From NCBI RefSeq assembly GCF_009834535.1, contig NC_045696.1:65164001-65228000 (forward strand): DNA of 64,000 bases, read 5' to 3'. Below, in pieces: positions 50,568 to 64,000 of this stretch. This DNA is from Camelus ferus (taxonomy: Eukaryota). Every line of letters starts with the position of its first letter. Within the stretch, counting starts at the first letter, position 1. The notes beneath the pieces were generated by a model. It was not told where the DNA came from. It ran no database searches and saw only the letters and a list, made by a program, of their open reading frames with translations. Position numbers and translations under genes: made by a program.

Positions 50568-53267
50568 AAATATTTTTAAGTTTGCAAATAAACCATTCTT
50601 TTTGTATGGACGAAAATAGCTTAATTCTCTCCTCTATTTCTATTTTATTCCTTGATAAGTCAGGATGTTGGCAAACTAAAGTGTGTCCAGAGAAGCATAA
50701 TTAATATGGTGAACGGCCAGAAAATTATCATGTATAGAGAACAGATACAGGGACAGAAGATACTTTGTAGAAGAAAGTGTGTTGTAAGATATCTGTGACC
50801 CCTAGGTAGGCCTTGGAAAGATGGAGAGTGCTTATGCTGGTTAGTATCAGAAGATAAAGCTAGTCTAGTTATGTGCAAGCTAAAGGGTAATTTTACTTCA
50901 ATATGAAGGACATATCTAAACAAATTATTTTGTTATTCTGCCTCCCATTCACTTATTAAATAATATTTGTTCAGTGCTGGGTGTGAAGATTAATAAAACA
51001 GGGACTCTGCTCTCATGAAATTTAAATTCCATTCAGAGGAAAGGGACAGAATCCCATGTGTTATGGAGGACGGTTCGTGCTATACTAGAGGTGAGAACTG
51101 AGTCATCCTGTGGCACTGTGTGGGCAGTTAGCACCTTGACTCATCTCATCTGTCCCTCTTCACAGCTTTATATTAAAGGATGCTCAGTACTTGAATAAAG
51201 GAAACAGAATAGACTTCATCAAAGAGAATAGACTTCCTTGATGTACATGTGCACTCCCTCCCTGAGAGCGGTCAAGCAATATTCAAGACATGGCCCAGTC
51301 TGAGACGCAGTTGAAGGCATTCAGTATTGGAAAAAAGTTTGAAAGAAATCATTACTAAGAGCTCTTACAGCTGTATGTTTTGTGGGCCTGTGCCTAAAAT
51401 AGGAAAATGGAGATGCATTCTTCACTTTTTTTCTGTCTCAGCCTCAACAAATATAGTTCTCTATGGAGAGCTCAGGAGGTCATCTACTCATAAGAGCTTT
51501 TCATACCATTAAAATCATGGTAACTGTTTGAATGCCGAGAAGGTAATATAAAGATCATTAATTATTGATTAAGTCTAATTATCATGTCTTCTTATTAATA
51601 TTGAGAACATTTTCTCCCTGTAATGTAATGCCTTTATGAAAATCAGATTGGCAACAAAAGCAGCCAAGTAGTCCCCTAACATTGATTATATCTGTGAAAG
51701 CTGCTCTGTGAAATATGTTCTTCTTAAAATTCAGAATCCCAGACAGGGGAAGGTTAGAATAATGAGGCCATTAAACTGACTTATGCTGACAATGATCAAT
51801 TAAGATATATTATAGCAATATAGACCTTCCGGAAACCTGCTTCATTGGGAAGTCTGCTTGTAGGACACAGTTCTTCATCTTAAATAAACGTCTTGTCTGT
51901 GTTTATGGATGTCATCTTGTAGGTTTAGATGATACACCAAAGTTATATCCAAATTCCATCGCAAGGAAAAGAAGGGGCGGGGGAGGAGAGAGAAAGAGAG
52001 AACCTCCAAAATGTACTATTCCTTGCAGGGAAATTCCATTTATTTGTGATTTATTTGTACACAAAATGCAGTATTATGATGGATGTTTACAAAAAAGGAG
52101 CATTTGGACCAAAATTTAGAGGTTTGGGGAGTGATACAGTTTTAAGAGTTTTGAATAAAGTAGTCCTAGCAGGCAAATAATTTGAAGTAAAAACTACTTT
52201 TTTTTATGTGACTATTCCAGTTTATATAGCATTTTAACAGCAAGTTTAATCTCTCTCATTAATCTTCAAAACAATCCTATGAAGTCTTGAAAAAGATATC
52301 TTTATAAAGGAGGAAATAAGGCTCGGAAACGTGACATAATCTGCCTAAAGGTATGTCATTAGAAAATGTCAGATCTAGAATTAAAGTCCAAGCCTTCTGG
52401 CTCCAATTTTTATGTTCTTCATTACCCTATATTGATGAGGATATCATCTTGGAAATTATATGTAAAGTCGGCAAATTATGGTTAGAAAAATGACTCCATC
52501 CGACAACATTTGTTTGCTACTATTACTGCATTCAGAGGGCTACAAAAGATAATCTGAATACATTTTTGAGTATTATAGACAAAAAATTCCTTTTCTAAGG
52601 ACGATGTGAGCTTAAAGAAGGTGGGAAAATGATAAATGCCTATGAGGGAAATTATAAGAGAATCGCATGTATTATGCTCAATTTCCTTTTCTATTTAATA
52701 AATTTCTGTTCCTTTTTCTTTTTCTGAATATAAAAGTAGCTAGAAGTATGAAAGAAATTGTGCATAATCCAACTATCTACAGGAAACCACTATTGACATT
52801 TTGGCTTTTTTCCTCCTATTCTTCTCCTGTGCATCTTTACATAGTTGATGTCATGTCAGAGTTACATGTTATATCTTTATTTGCTCACGTACTATGGTCA
52901 TAATCATTTTCCATGTCACTAGAAATCTTTGTAAATAATATTTTACTTACATGCATAATATTCCACTTAATAGGATAAACAATTTCACTTCAGCACTTTC
53001 CTAATTTTTGATGGTTTTCAACTTGTCACTCTTTTAGGTAACACTATAATGAAAATTTCAAAAGAAGAATACCATTCCCTATATTGTATTGTTATGTTAT
53101 ATAAACAGATCATGGTTTATATGACATATATGATTTGCATTATATATTTATATCAATATATAATATAGTATTTATATGACTTCTAGAAATAGAAATGGTT
53201 AACATGAGTAGAGATTATGGAGATACTAGTGATAACTCTAATTAGGTGATAAATCATGATAGACAGA

Positions 53268-53342
53268 TGGAGAAAGGAAGAAAGAAGGAAAGAAATAAAG
53301 AGAGAAAAAAGAAAAAGAAGGGAAGAAGGAAGGAAGGAAAAA
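53268..53342. repeat. Purine-rich (GAAA/GGAA) low-complexity tract
   Basis: gagaaaggaagaaagaaggaaagaaataaag...gaaggaaggaaggaaa. Confidence 0.85.
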
Positions 53343-53581
53343 GACTGATAGCTCATGGTGGTTTAAGCAAGGAAGCATGAAGAGGGCATTCTAAAACGAT
53401 ATATAGAAACGGGAGGGAACATATTTTCGTGGAGGTTGAGGGGCATTTTTTTTGTAAAGCAAGAGAACTGTTAGGAATGGACAACATTTTGGGCACATAT
53501 TTAATATTTAGAGATATTAGCAAGAGGCAGTTGAAGTCCTCTTTAGATATTTGATTGGTAGGGGAGTTTTAGGAAACCTGA

Positions 53582-54167
53582 TGTGTTAGGGCCCAAACCG
53601 GAGATAGAAACCACACCAGTAATTCGACAGAGAAGATTTAATGTAAATAATTTTAATTAGGAATAAGATTGCCAACTAATGAAAGAGTAAAAGAAGAATT
53701 CAAAGGTGGGAGAGAAGTGGCAACAGCCAGAAGCTGCTGCTATGTCACCTCTGCAGCCGGGGAACAGAGGAACGAGGGAGGAGGGGTCCCGTAGATCTGA
53801 AAATGAGACTTTCGGGGAGAGGGCTCTGCTCCCCGCGCTGCTGGTGCATCTGAGCTCAGGGGAGGTGCCTCAGCCCTCCAAGAAGGGGATGCTGCTGCTG
53901 TGGGAACAAATCCCACCATCATGGGGACAGAGCTTTGCAGAGATGCTACTCACAGGAACCACAGGCCCACAGAGATCCCTCAAGAAAACAGACAAACATG
54001 AGCAAGTCCTGTCTTTGGCTTCAACCTTCGGCTTCCCTCTAGCGCCCTCTATTGACAGCGTCTGTCAGGGAAAAGCTGCCCAAGCCGAAGTCTACAGTGT
54101 CAGGTGCAGCATCCCAGAGTACAGAAGGGTGGGCTTGGAGCTGAAAAATAGCCAAATAATTGGCATA
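53582..54167 (-). mobile_element. LTR41-like ERVL solo LTR
   Basis: tgtgttagggccc...gatagaaaccacaccagt...atttaatgtaaataa; cttccctctagcgccctctattg; gagtacagaagggtgggcttggagctg. Confidence 0.7.
54040..54057 (-). promoter_or_regulatory. CTCF motif
   Basis: Minus strand TGTCAATAGAGGGCGCTA closely matches the CTCF core (CCASYAGRKGGCRS). Confidence 0.55.
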
Positions 54168-54344
54168 GCTCCTATGTTCTGACATGGACTGAATAAACGG
54201 ATCACTGCAGGAAATACTTCTATTTAGGATGAGCCACTTAGAGCCGAGATCCTCTCCCTCCTTCTTGGATTGTGGAAATGGAAAAATCTCAATTCTGACG
54301 AAATTCCATGCTTATAAAGAAAATTACACTGAGAACCAGTGTGC

Positions 54345-54525
54345 ATGGGTCAGAATGTCTCCTCTGCCTCTGGATTATCTGTGGTGACCCTGAGCAAATT
54401 ATTTACATTGCTTAGGCTCAGTTTACTCTCTAATAACATGAAACTATGTTTTCTAAAACTTCATTTTATGAAGGTTTTGTGAGGGCCAAAATAAGATAAT
54501 CTTCTGAAAGCATTTTGTCTGTCAC
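54345..54525 (+). mobile_element. MIR SINE
   Basis: cctctgcctct...gtgaccctgagcaaattatttacattgcttaggctcagtttactc...gttttgtgaggg. Confidence 0.7.
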
Positions 54526-56239
54526 CAGATCATTGGTTTCCTTTCAAAATCCAGATAGTTTCTAAGTAGGACAGGGTGAATTTCTACATCTCTTAAATCT
54601 ACTTTGTGTCTATTCTTATGATAACTACCTAGGTTTATGTATATATTAAATACACCTTTTCCAGTGAACTTTAATCCCTGACTTTAATTTCTTTTCTCTT
54701 CAGTGTGTATTTCAAACATTGATGGACTTTATGGACTAATCCTGTACAGTATTGCTTGAAACGTATCACTTTCTTGCCTGCCCATTGTTCAGTGACATTA
54801 GTCTACACTGTCCACATTGTGGTCACATGCTATTTAAGCAACATCTCATTACATCTTTACCCCCACCCGCATTTTCTAAAGTCTATCTCCATAACATATG
54901 TTTGTAAAATTGAAAATAAGCATAACTTCCTTTGAACTTCTAAAACAGAACAGTTTATTCTGTGTAAACACACTGCACACGCGTGCTCGTTAGAGAATCT
55001 TTTTATACAGTAGCACATTATTTATTTATTTAAAATATTCTTCTTGTGAGATTGTATGCTTTTTGATATTAGAGGTCATTTTTGTATCCATACTTCTTAC
55101 AGTGTCTTGCAGGTCAGACTCACATAATAAATACTTGTTGCATAAAATATTTGCAGAAGATTTGGCAGAACTTTATGTTCAATTTGATATAAGGTGCAAA
55201 GGGGACAAAGCAACCAAAGATGACTCATGTTTGTGAGCCTGGGAGTGATGGGGACTTTTATGTAATACAGAAACTTGGAATGAATGATGTTTTAGAGGAA
55301 GGTTATGAATTCCATTTGTCAACATGTTTAGGTTTGGCTGTTAGGAGAAAGCTTAGTGGAAGTGTTTTATTCAATTAAGAGACTGTTTTGAGAGATGTGG
55401 CAAAAAGAAAATAAGCAGTGTTAGAGTTATACCTGAGAGGTTGAAATTGAAACAAGTGGCTGTGGTTCCTGAGGGAGGAAGAGCAGGAAGGCCTAGGAGA
55501 GAGTCGTTCACCTAATAAAACATATTGAGCACATACCATGTGCAAGGAGCCATTGGTGACTTCAGTAGATAAGGTTCCTAACTGTTGTATAGCTTAAAGA
55601 TTCACTGCTGTAAATTGGTAGAAGCAAAACATAAAACAGGAATGGTCAGGTGGGGAAAAAATGTTCATAGCCACTCACTCAACAAATGTTTCTGGAGCGC
55701 CATTCATAAACTAGTTGTTGGGTTCTTTTCTTCAGGATATAGCAACAAACAAATCAGAGAGCCTCGGAGACACTGCAGCTTGGATCTAAAACCCTAGGGG
55801 ACCAGCAGATAAGGGTGTTGAGATGGTTAGTGGCAGAGTCAGTTTCAGCCAGAGGTCTCCTTCAATTGTGTCTGAGCCTGGGAAGTTTCTTTTATCTGTC
55901 CTGGCTTTTTTATGAACAATAATTTAGGTTCTCTAGCTTCAAATATAGCTGACCTACCCCTCAGCTCTTGAGAGAGAGTGTGGACACTATCTAGAAGAGT
56001 GCTTCTAGCCTAACAAGGAGGGTGCCCTAGATCCAGGCGGGGACTCCTATCTTGATGAAGCCCAAGGGTCTTACATTCTCTTCTCAGTAGATCTTTTTCA
56101 CATCTCAGGGCATCAGACCACAGGACTCATCTTGAGCAGTTGTTCGGGCATGGTTTGGTTATATTTGCCCCCATTATTAAGTTTTCTGTTGCTAGAGCCT
56201 AGTTAAAAAGAAAGACATTTGGGTAAACCAACGTTCTGT

Positions 56240-56525
56240 TCAAAAGCTACTTCCTTAGAAATATCTTTGTATCAAAAGAGCAGCTATCTATCACTCTCTA
56301 TCCCTCAATCCTTCTTTATTTTTCTCTAGAGCTCATGTTACTACCTGACATTGTCTTCTATACCTGTTCTTTATATGTATTTATGGTTTGTCCAGCTATT
56401 TGAATGTAAGTGTTATGAAGATGAAGACTTAAGTTATTTTATTATTACTGTATTTCCTGTCCCCAAAACGCCTGACACATAATAGGTATTTAATAAATAC
56501 TTGCTTAATTACTATATTGAATGAA
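56240..56525 (+). mobile_element. L2 3' end
   Basis: gaatgtaagtgttatgaagatgaagac...gcctgacacataataggtatttaataaatacttgc. Confidence 0.75.
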
Positions 56526-59500
56526 AGACTGGACATTTGTTGTTGAAGCTCTCTACTAGAACATCATTTTCATTATTTCCTTATACAAATTTGATGCTGA
56601 GGATTTTCCTTCACAGGTTTGTCTAAGCCTTTTATATAGGAAGAAGTCCCAGAACTTGGCATGTCTCTACAGCTGGACATGGGGACCAAACACCTAAGGT
56701 GGTGTTTGGGAGAAGAGATAGTTTATCTCAGGGATCCAGACACAGGGAAACAAAGTAAGAGTGTAGTTGTCTAAGTCAGCGGTCTTGAACTAAGAAGGGG
56801 CTCTTTCACTAGGGGTGGGACATGTGAACCTGCAGACAGGTTGGCTCGAGTGTGAGTCTCTTTAGCACTGGTCCAAAGCTCTTTACAATGCTTTCTACTA
56901 AAGGCTGGATTGTTACCTAAGTTTGGACAGAACTAATCCTGTCGTGGAAGGTAAAGTGGCACCCCATGGGGAGAGAGGCCATCGAACTATGCAGAAGCGA
57001 AGAAGGACACTTTAAGTTTCTCCGTAGCTGCGGCTGCAGAAAAGCCAAATAACCAGTCAGCTCACCAAGGGATTCAAATTAGTGGTTACCTGAGGGGTTA
57101 CAAGGACTTATTTGCTTGACCAAAGTGACCATAAACCTCAGTCAAAATTATCAGTTGGTGAAAGCTTTTAAAACATTGTATAATGAACGGTCATATGTAT
57201 GACCAAGGACGATGAAAGTATTTGTTTTTTGAAGTTCCAGTGATCATTTCTTCTCGGTGTTTAGCATTTACCATCCAGTGAGCAACAAATACTTTTTAAG
57301 CAGAAATAGAGTTGAAATCTAAAGCTCATTAAATCCGTTTGTGAGTATCTGATGTCTCCCTAATTAAAGTCTAACTCTACTTCTCAGTAAATACTTCATG
57401 GAGAAACGATGAGGTGAAGCCCCAAATTACTAATGTTTGAATAGGAATACTAAATATACTCTGGCATGTATCCAAAGTATCATTCAGTGCCGGTACTAAA
57501 ACTGAATTAGTCTGGAGCACGTGGTCAGAAATGTCTTTAATGCTAGAGAGGGTCCCAGAATAGGGTGCTACCCTCACTGGTGACGGTGAGCTTCTATGTC
57601 CTTGGCTGTCTTCTTTTCCTCTAATTCAAGAAGAATAGGTTTTTGTTTTGTCTTGTTTAAGTCTGGCCAAGATTGCCTCCAAGGTGTTTTTCAGTCTCAA
57701 ATTTCTTGCACCTTCAACCTGTGCTCTTTGGACTTCCCGGTTCCTCTGAGCCACCAGCATGGGGACTGTGGGGAGGGTTCTGGTCAGACAGGCATTTCAG
57801 CCAGAGCAATTCGATTTTTGCCTCTTTTATACACTAGGATTTTCAGTATATTTTCATTTGAAGAAAGTGTTTTGTGTATAAAAGCAATGCATTTTGGGGA
57901 TAAAAGGGACACAGTGGGACTGGGTACATGCCAATGAACTGCCAGGAAAAGGAATGGTTTTTGTTAATTATTAGTCTTTGAACTTGATTTTTGTGATTCT
58001 GATGGTCTCTGACTACATTAACATGTGTTTAGCTCTATTTACCTCTATTACATGATTCATATTCAAATATGGTTTGTTGTATTAATCAATTACCAATGTA
58101 TGAAATCAGGACAGGAATTCATGTTTGGAGGAAAAGCATACTGATAAATACCTTCCATGAAAACAGCAATGTTCTGAAGAAAGGAATATTGATGTGTCTG
58201 AGGCTGCTCCTTAAGTGGGATAATTAACATAACTCTGGAATTAGCTATGCATGGTAGACCTTGATATCTGACAGCAAAACAACCAAAGTCACTCCTAGGA
58301 ATACATTAACTATGTTTAAAAAACATATTATGGAGACTAATTAATTTAGTGGTAAAGTTTGCTTCTTCATTCTGACACAGTACATTTAATTATTAAATGA
58401 GAATGCAAGGAGAATGGTATTTAAAGAGGGGAGTTAATGGGGTGAGGGAAATTGAGAGTCCAGAATAATCACAACCTGAGCCAAATAAGGTAAATCTTTT
58501 GAGTAACTTACATTTTAGCAACTATATGATGTAACACCTTTTAAACACAGAAATATTTAACTTGGCATTAATTCTTAATCTCAAGTTCTGTGCCTTTGAG
58601 AGAATATAATTATAATATGAGATACATATTTGGGGAATTACCAAGCAATGGCAGCAGTGATTGGGACCTCTGACTTAAGAGGGACATTGAAAAGTCATTG
58701 AGTTACATGCCAGGAGATTGGGGTTTTCAGCTAAGCTTTACCATACATTACAGACCATGGACAATTAATATCTACTCTCTGGTGTTTCCATAGTTTGAGC
58801 AAATTGAATCAGTGATTTCTAAAACTCTTCCTAGCTATATAATTACATGACTTAAAATAAAATAGAAAGCTCAGACTCACAACACACGTTATTCCAAAGA
58901 ATATATTTATGATAAAACCTAGTTAAGAAAAAGAAATTTGATTTTATAGCAATCTCTGTGTGGAGGAAAAACAATTTGAAAGCTAGAAGATAGAAGCAGT
59001 GATTGTCAGAGGTATTAATAAATTTTTAAAAATCTCTGAAAAGGTCATATCTGGCAATCAAGAGGAAAATGGACACTGCTTCTCTCAAATGATTTTTGTT
59101 CGAGAAGACAGTGGTCTTTTGCTCCTCATCCCTCTGTCTATTGACTCCAATAGAGAGGAGTTTGGTGGAGTTTAAGTTCCACCAAATTTGAATTTGATTT
59201 TAAAAGTTATAAGAAAACTCCACTATTGATAAACACTCCCTTCCCTAAATTACTATCATGTGTAATAGTTCACCGCTTGACACACGAATCATTCACATAC
59301 CTTAACTGCAAATAACAGACCTCGTTCTACTCATTTTAGCAGGAAGAGATTTATTGGGAACCCATTAAGTAGGACAAGGAGACTTGTGTGGGTCAAGGAC
59401 CAGCTGAAATGCTAATTATCTAGGAGCAAATGCCCAGGAAACACATACACAAAGGGAACACCAAAGGAATGTGGTGACAACATACCACTTCTACCATTGA

Positions 59501-59827
59501 CGTTTATAGCTGATCGTGCTCAGAGCTCTTGGAAACCCACCAAGAGGAAACAAATCCGCTGCCTCCACACTTCTCAGCAGATCTGTTGTGCCCACATGTG
59601 ACTGTCTGTGAAGGCTGAATGATTTAACTGTGAGGTGTACAATCTTCCAGTGTCATTTGCTTTTTACCCATCTGTCAGATGAGGATAGTGAAAACTTTAA
59701 AGTTACTAAGTGAGGGAGCAGAAAGAAGCAGCATAGATTTCTTGAGTCTCTGGTTAAAGGAAAGCCACCAAATAAGAGAGCTGCCTGACAAAGAACGTAA
59801 GTATCTGATGAAACAAGTAAAGAACAG

Positions 59828-59878
59828 ATCCTTGAAGCTAACACAACATTGTAAATCAACTATGCTTCAATTAAAAAA
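59828..59878 (+). mobile_element. Ultra-short L1 3' tail
   Basis: gaagctaacacaacattgtaaatcaactatgcttcaattaaaaaa. Confidence 0.75.
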
Positions 59879-60619
59879 CCGTGTCAATTCATGGAGTTAA
59901 TTTATAAATTAATTTATAGATTATCTGTTAAAAAAGCTAATGCAAATTCCTGTAATTAATACATGGGGGGGGGGGAGAAATAACATTATTCATGAATATA
60001 CATGTAACTCAGAAAAATAGTTTGATTAATTTCTAGTCATCTATTCTGTCACTGGTCACAATACAGTCCTTAATGTTCACAGGTAGCTTCCTTCCTATGG
60101 TTCTCTTCCTTGTCCCTTTGTTCTCAGTTAGCACTATGTTTACCTAGAAGGGTATTTTACCTAGGGAGACTTCCTAAACCTTTATTTTGAGGTTTGAACT
60201 CATGGTCCCCAATTATTTGGAGCTGCTATCATCTTTATCTCTGAACATAGACGAAATAAGGAGGTCCTCCAGGGGGTCCTTTGTGTTTCAAATTCCTTCC
60301 TGCCTGCATCGTGTAGCACCAACATTTCCCCCTTTTGATGACCAGGATTAATTGTATTAGCAGCAGTTTTTCTTTTTCTTTCTTTCTGTCTTTCTTCCCT
60401 CCCTTCCTTCCTTTTTTTGCCTGTGCATTCAATGATGAGTGAGGCCTGAAATAATCATTGTCTACTTGTCTATGTCACCTTGGAATTAATTGAAATCATT
60501 ATTGTTGACCCTAATGAAAAAAATCTTCTTTGTGTGTTAAGATCTCTAAACTAGCCCACAATCAAGGAGAAAAAAAATTAATGAACACCACCTCCATTTC
60601 AACACTCCAGTTTCTGTAC

Positions 60620-61455
60620 CTATATTTTCTGGCCATGGGAGGCACAGCCAGAAAACATGGTGGTCACTAGTTCAATGAGTGAACCACATTCTGAAAGGAA
60701 GCACCTTAACTTTGCTTGGTGATGTCTTCCAGCTGGTGCTCTAATTGTGTCGTCAGTGGCCAGTTCCACATTCTCTAACGCCAGATGCTTCTGTATGATT
60801 GGATACATGGTAAGATAGCCATTCTCATGAGCATAAGCTTATTGTATTACTTCCCATAAGTGTGTTCAGAAGCAATGCTATGGGTGTTCTCGTAATAGTG
60901 AGCTCATAAAGTCCACAGTGTTGCCATTGGAAACACGGAGGGTAGGAAGGGAAAAAGCAAATACCAGTATCTATTTCAGTGAGGACAAATCACTGCCCCT
61001 CTCATGATGGAAGTAGTCCAACACGTCCAACTTCACACCAGCAGCTTGCTAGCCCTCCTAGCTGCTGTTAAATCCCCGTTGTGGATTTAAAGGTTTTCTC
61101 TGATTCCGGCAGACTGGACAGTCAGTATTGTCCTCACCTTTGTGAGGTGAAGTCCGTGTTGTTGAGCTCGTGTTTAACTTCTTTCCCTGACTCCATATCC
61201 ACTTTGTTCAGGAGGTCTTCTAACAAACACTGGCATAAACAGAGAAAGGGACTAAGTGTAACCACAACACTATCATCACATCTTTGTAATCCTATTCACA
61301 TGAGACACAAATATTCTGACCTTTGTCTTATAACTCTTCTCCAATCTTCTCTGCCAATAATCTTCCGATTTTATTTCTTCCATGTGTCTGGCTATTGGTT
61401 CAAAATATTAACCATGGCCAGTGAATCAGTAGATCTGAGCCTCTAACCATGTAAT
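60620..61455 (-). mobile_element. ERVL/MaLR internal fragment (degraded pol-like region)
   Basis: ctatttcagtgaggacaaatcactgcccctctcatgatggaagtagtccaa resembles MLT-int/ERVL internal consensus. No intact ORF. Confidence 0.6.
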
Positions 61456-61469
61456 TGAATTTACTGGAG

Positions 61470-62190
61470 TTTATTTAACCATTTATCTACTGAAGGGCAT
61501 CTGTGTTGTTTCCATGTTTTGGCTATTTCAAATAAAGCTGCTGTGAACCTCTGTGTACAAGTTTTTGTGTGAATCTGTTTTCATTTATCTGGGTAAACGT
61601 CCAAGAATTCAATTATTGGGGTTGTTTTGATAATTGTAAGTTGTATATTTATATATTTTTGAAAGAAACTGCCAAACTGTTTTCTAGAGTGACTGTAACA
61701 TTTTCTATTCCCACCAGCAGGGTATGAATAATCCAGTTTTTCCACATTCTCAGCAGCATTTGGTGTTGTCACTGTTTTTCATTTCAGCCTTTCTGATAGA
61801 CGTGTGGTGATATGTCGAACATTTTTCATAAGCTCATTTGACATCCTTCCATTTGCTTACACAGCTTCTTTGGTGATATGTCTTTTCACGTCTTTCGCCC
61901 AGTTTCTAACAGGGCTTATTACTATTATAAAATGTTGAGTTATGAGAATATCTTACATGTTTTATATACTATTCCTTGTCAGATATATATTTGGCAAATA
62001 TTTTTTTTCCACTCCATAGGGTGTCTTTTTATCCTCTTCACACAGTCTTTTCACAGAGCAAGAGTATTTTTTTTAATTTTAATGAGGTCTAATTTATTAA
62101 CTTTTCCTTTTATGGTTTGTGATTTTGGTGTCAAGTCTAAGAACTCTCTTTCTAAACCTGCATCTTGAAATTTTTCTCATTTATTGGTTT
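61470..62190 (-). mobile_element. L1MB-type ORF2 3' fragment
   Basis: ORF 61581-61772 (NAAENVEKLDYSYPAGGNRKCYSHSRKQFGSF) is a degraded L1 ORF2 cysteine-rich domain. Confidence 0.88.
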
Positions 62191-62299
62191 TTGATGACTT
62201 GGCTAAATTCAATTTTTTGGTCAAATTTCCAAAGAATCTACAGTTGATACTCATTTGATAAATGGAGGAAGGACATGAGAACAGTGGGAAAGTATGGAT

Positions 62300-62460
62300 G
62301 ATTTAGTGTAGTAGGAAGATCACAGCCTTAGATGACAGATAGACTCCAGTTTAAATTACAGTTTTGTCATATATTGGCTATGTGATATTGGTGTTTTTAC
62401 TTATCTCTATCAATTTTTTGATTTCCAAAATAGAGATAGTAATAACTATATTATTGTCAT
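62300..62460 (+). mobile_element. MIR SINE
   Basis: tagtgtagtaggaagatcacagccttagatgacagatagactccagtttaaat...ggctatgtgatattgg. Confidence 0.65.
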
Positions 62461-64000
62461 ATAATGCAATATATGTAATATAAATGCAAAACCATGTAAA
62501 TGTCATGGATTTGCATTGTAGATAAAATGATAGTCTTTAGCAGAAAACCTGCCATTTGGCATATACTAAATAAATAGAAAAAAAGATATTGATGTTTATA
62601 TTAGTCATAATCATACATTGAATTATGTGCCAGCATTTATTGATGTAGAGGAATTTAGTTATGACCCCTTCCATTCTTAAACTGACATTCAAGGCAATGA
62701 AGAAGCCAAAACTTGAGACTTTATCTTGTAATAAGAGAACATTATTTTGGCAAGTGATAGGAAACTTGGTGTGCAAAAAAATCAATGTTGTTAATGTTCA
62801 TACTGCCTTTTGATAATTTGGCAGTTACTTAGACAGCTAAGTTTTAATAGTGTTAATTGATTTATAATCTACACTATTTCCAGTCTGATCAAACCCAAAT
62901 TTTAATTTAGTAGGTAATGTTTCAGCAACTTTCCTCATTTAAAAAAAAGCATAATCTTTGTGCCTGCTTGAGATTATACTGAGACTTTTACTTATAGATT
63001 TTTGTTACAGGAATGAGAGGGGGACACAAATATAGGAAGCCTGGAATAGAACAGAGTGAACTGTATGTGAACAGCCGTCCTGAAACCAGTCTGATTTCCT
63101 GGGCCTGTTGCAAAGAAGGAGCAGCAGCTCAAGCCTTGGAAAGTGACCCTGAGGCTTAACCACACACGAGTTTGGGGGTGGCTAAGAGAACCACCGCATC
63201 TGAGGGCCTTCGTGATCTGACACCAACTTATCATTTTGTTTGTTACTCGTCATTTTGTCTGCCACTATGTTATATTTGACTTTACTTTCTTTCTGCATGG
63301 GACTACTTACCATTTATCAAATCAAACTATATTTACTAACTATGAACACCCTGACTTAAACCATCAGCCTGAATTTCCATTACTTCCCTCTCCAGGTGCT
63401 CAAGTTTAATTCTTCATGGCTTTGGGTCTCAGACTAACAGATAGATGTTCCACACATTGAAATGGCCCTTTACAATAGTGAAGAGCCTTTCACACCTATT
63501 CTCTTATTTGGTTTTTACAAGAACCTTATCAGTATTTTAGGTTACAATTAAATTAGTTTAAAATACAATTTTTCAGATGAGGAAAATAGAAAACATAGAT
63601 GTGCTTTAAACAACTATGAAGATCACATAAATATTGGAGAAGGAATTTGAAATTAAGTGATTTGTCTTAAAGTTTTTTTCCTCAATACCTTATATAATTC
63701 CATAATAGCTTTCATTTCACAAAATAACATAACTTAAGAACTGGGACAGCTCCTATAAATTTAATTTGGTTATCACTGACTCTTTCTTGCTTTCACTTTA
63801 TTATTTTTTTCTGATAGGCTTCCTTGAAAGGTGAAATGGGCATAAACTGTCATCAGTGAATTTGAGTTCAAAAAAGTATTCCTGGTTAAATATATATCAA
63901 GTCTGCACTCTATGCTTTTGAGAACTGGGGCTTTGTGATTAAGTCTGTCACATGAAAAAAATGAAAATTAAAAAAATATCTCTATGAAGGTCCAATACGA

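Noticed and set aside
50038..50619. Longest ORF (193 aa)
   Set aside because: Phe/Leu-rich read-through of T-tracts and an antisense L1 3' UTR, with a GTG start and no protein-like features.
53706..54182. 158-aa ORF
   Set aside because: It lies almost wholly within a GC-rich LTR41-like LTR and starts at GTG. A chance open frame is likely.
1..64000. CRISPR arrays, operons or other prokaryotic systems
   Set aside because: The sequence is mammalian (SINE/LINE/LTR content, CpG depletion), and I saw no regularly spaced repeat-spacer arrays.

Overview
AT-rich, CpG-depleted mammalian genomic DNA, probably camelid: it carries four tRNA-Ala(AGC)-derived SINEs of the Vic-1 type plus cetartiodactyl-type L1 3' ends. 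A large share of the window is interspersed repeat (old L1M/HAL1, younger L1 tails, L2, MIR, MER31/LTR16/LTR41/MLT LTRs, Tigger and hAT MER elements). I recognise no known protein-coding gene, and the ORF track looks like chance ORFs or repeat read-through. The region reads as intergenic or deep intronic. The most structured non-repeat segment is about 10.7-11.5 kb: a CRE-like site, G4 tract, GC box, palindromic RFX X-box and CCAAT sit just upstream of an ATG that ends on a strong splice donor. Splicing to a good acceptor 257 nt downstream would give a 63-aa ORF, and a perfect DR1 nuclear-receptor element lies in that intron. Other points of interest are a 24-nt microexon candidate, an old-style L1/HAL1 tail nested in a young SINE, a locally templated insertion, and a CTCF motif in an LTR41-like element. 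Repeat subfamily names come from remembered consensus sequences and most boundaries are approximate. Nothing here demonstrates a novel system; the findings are hypotheses.
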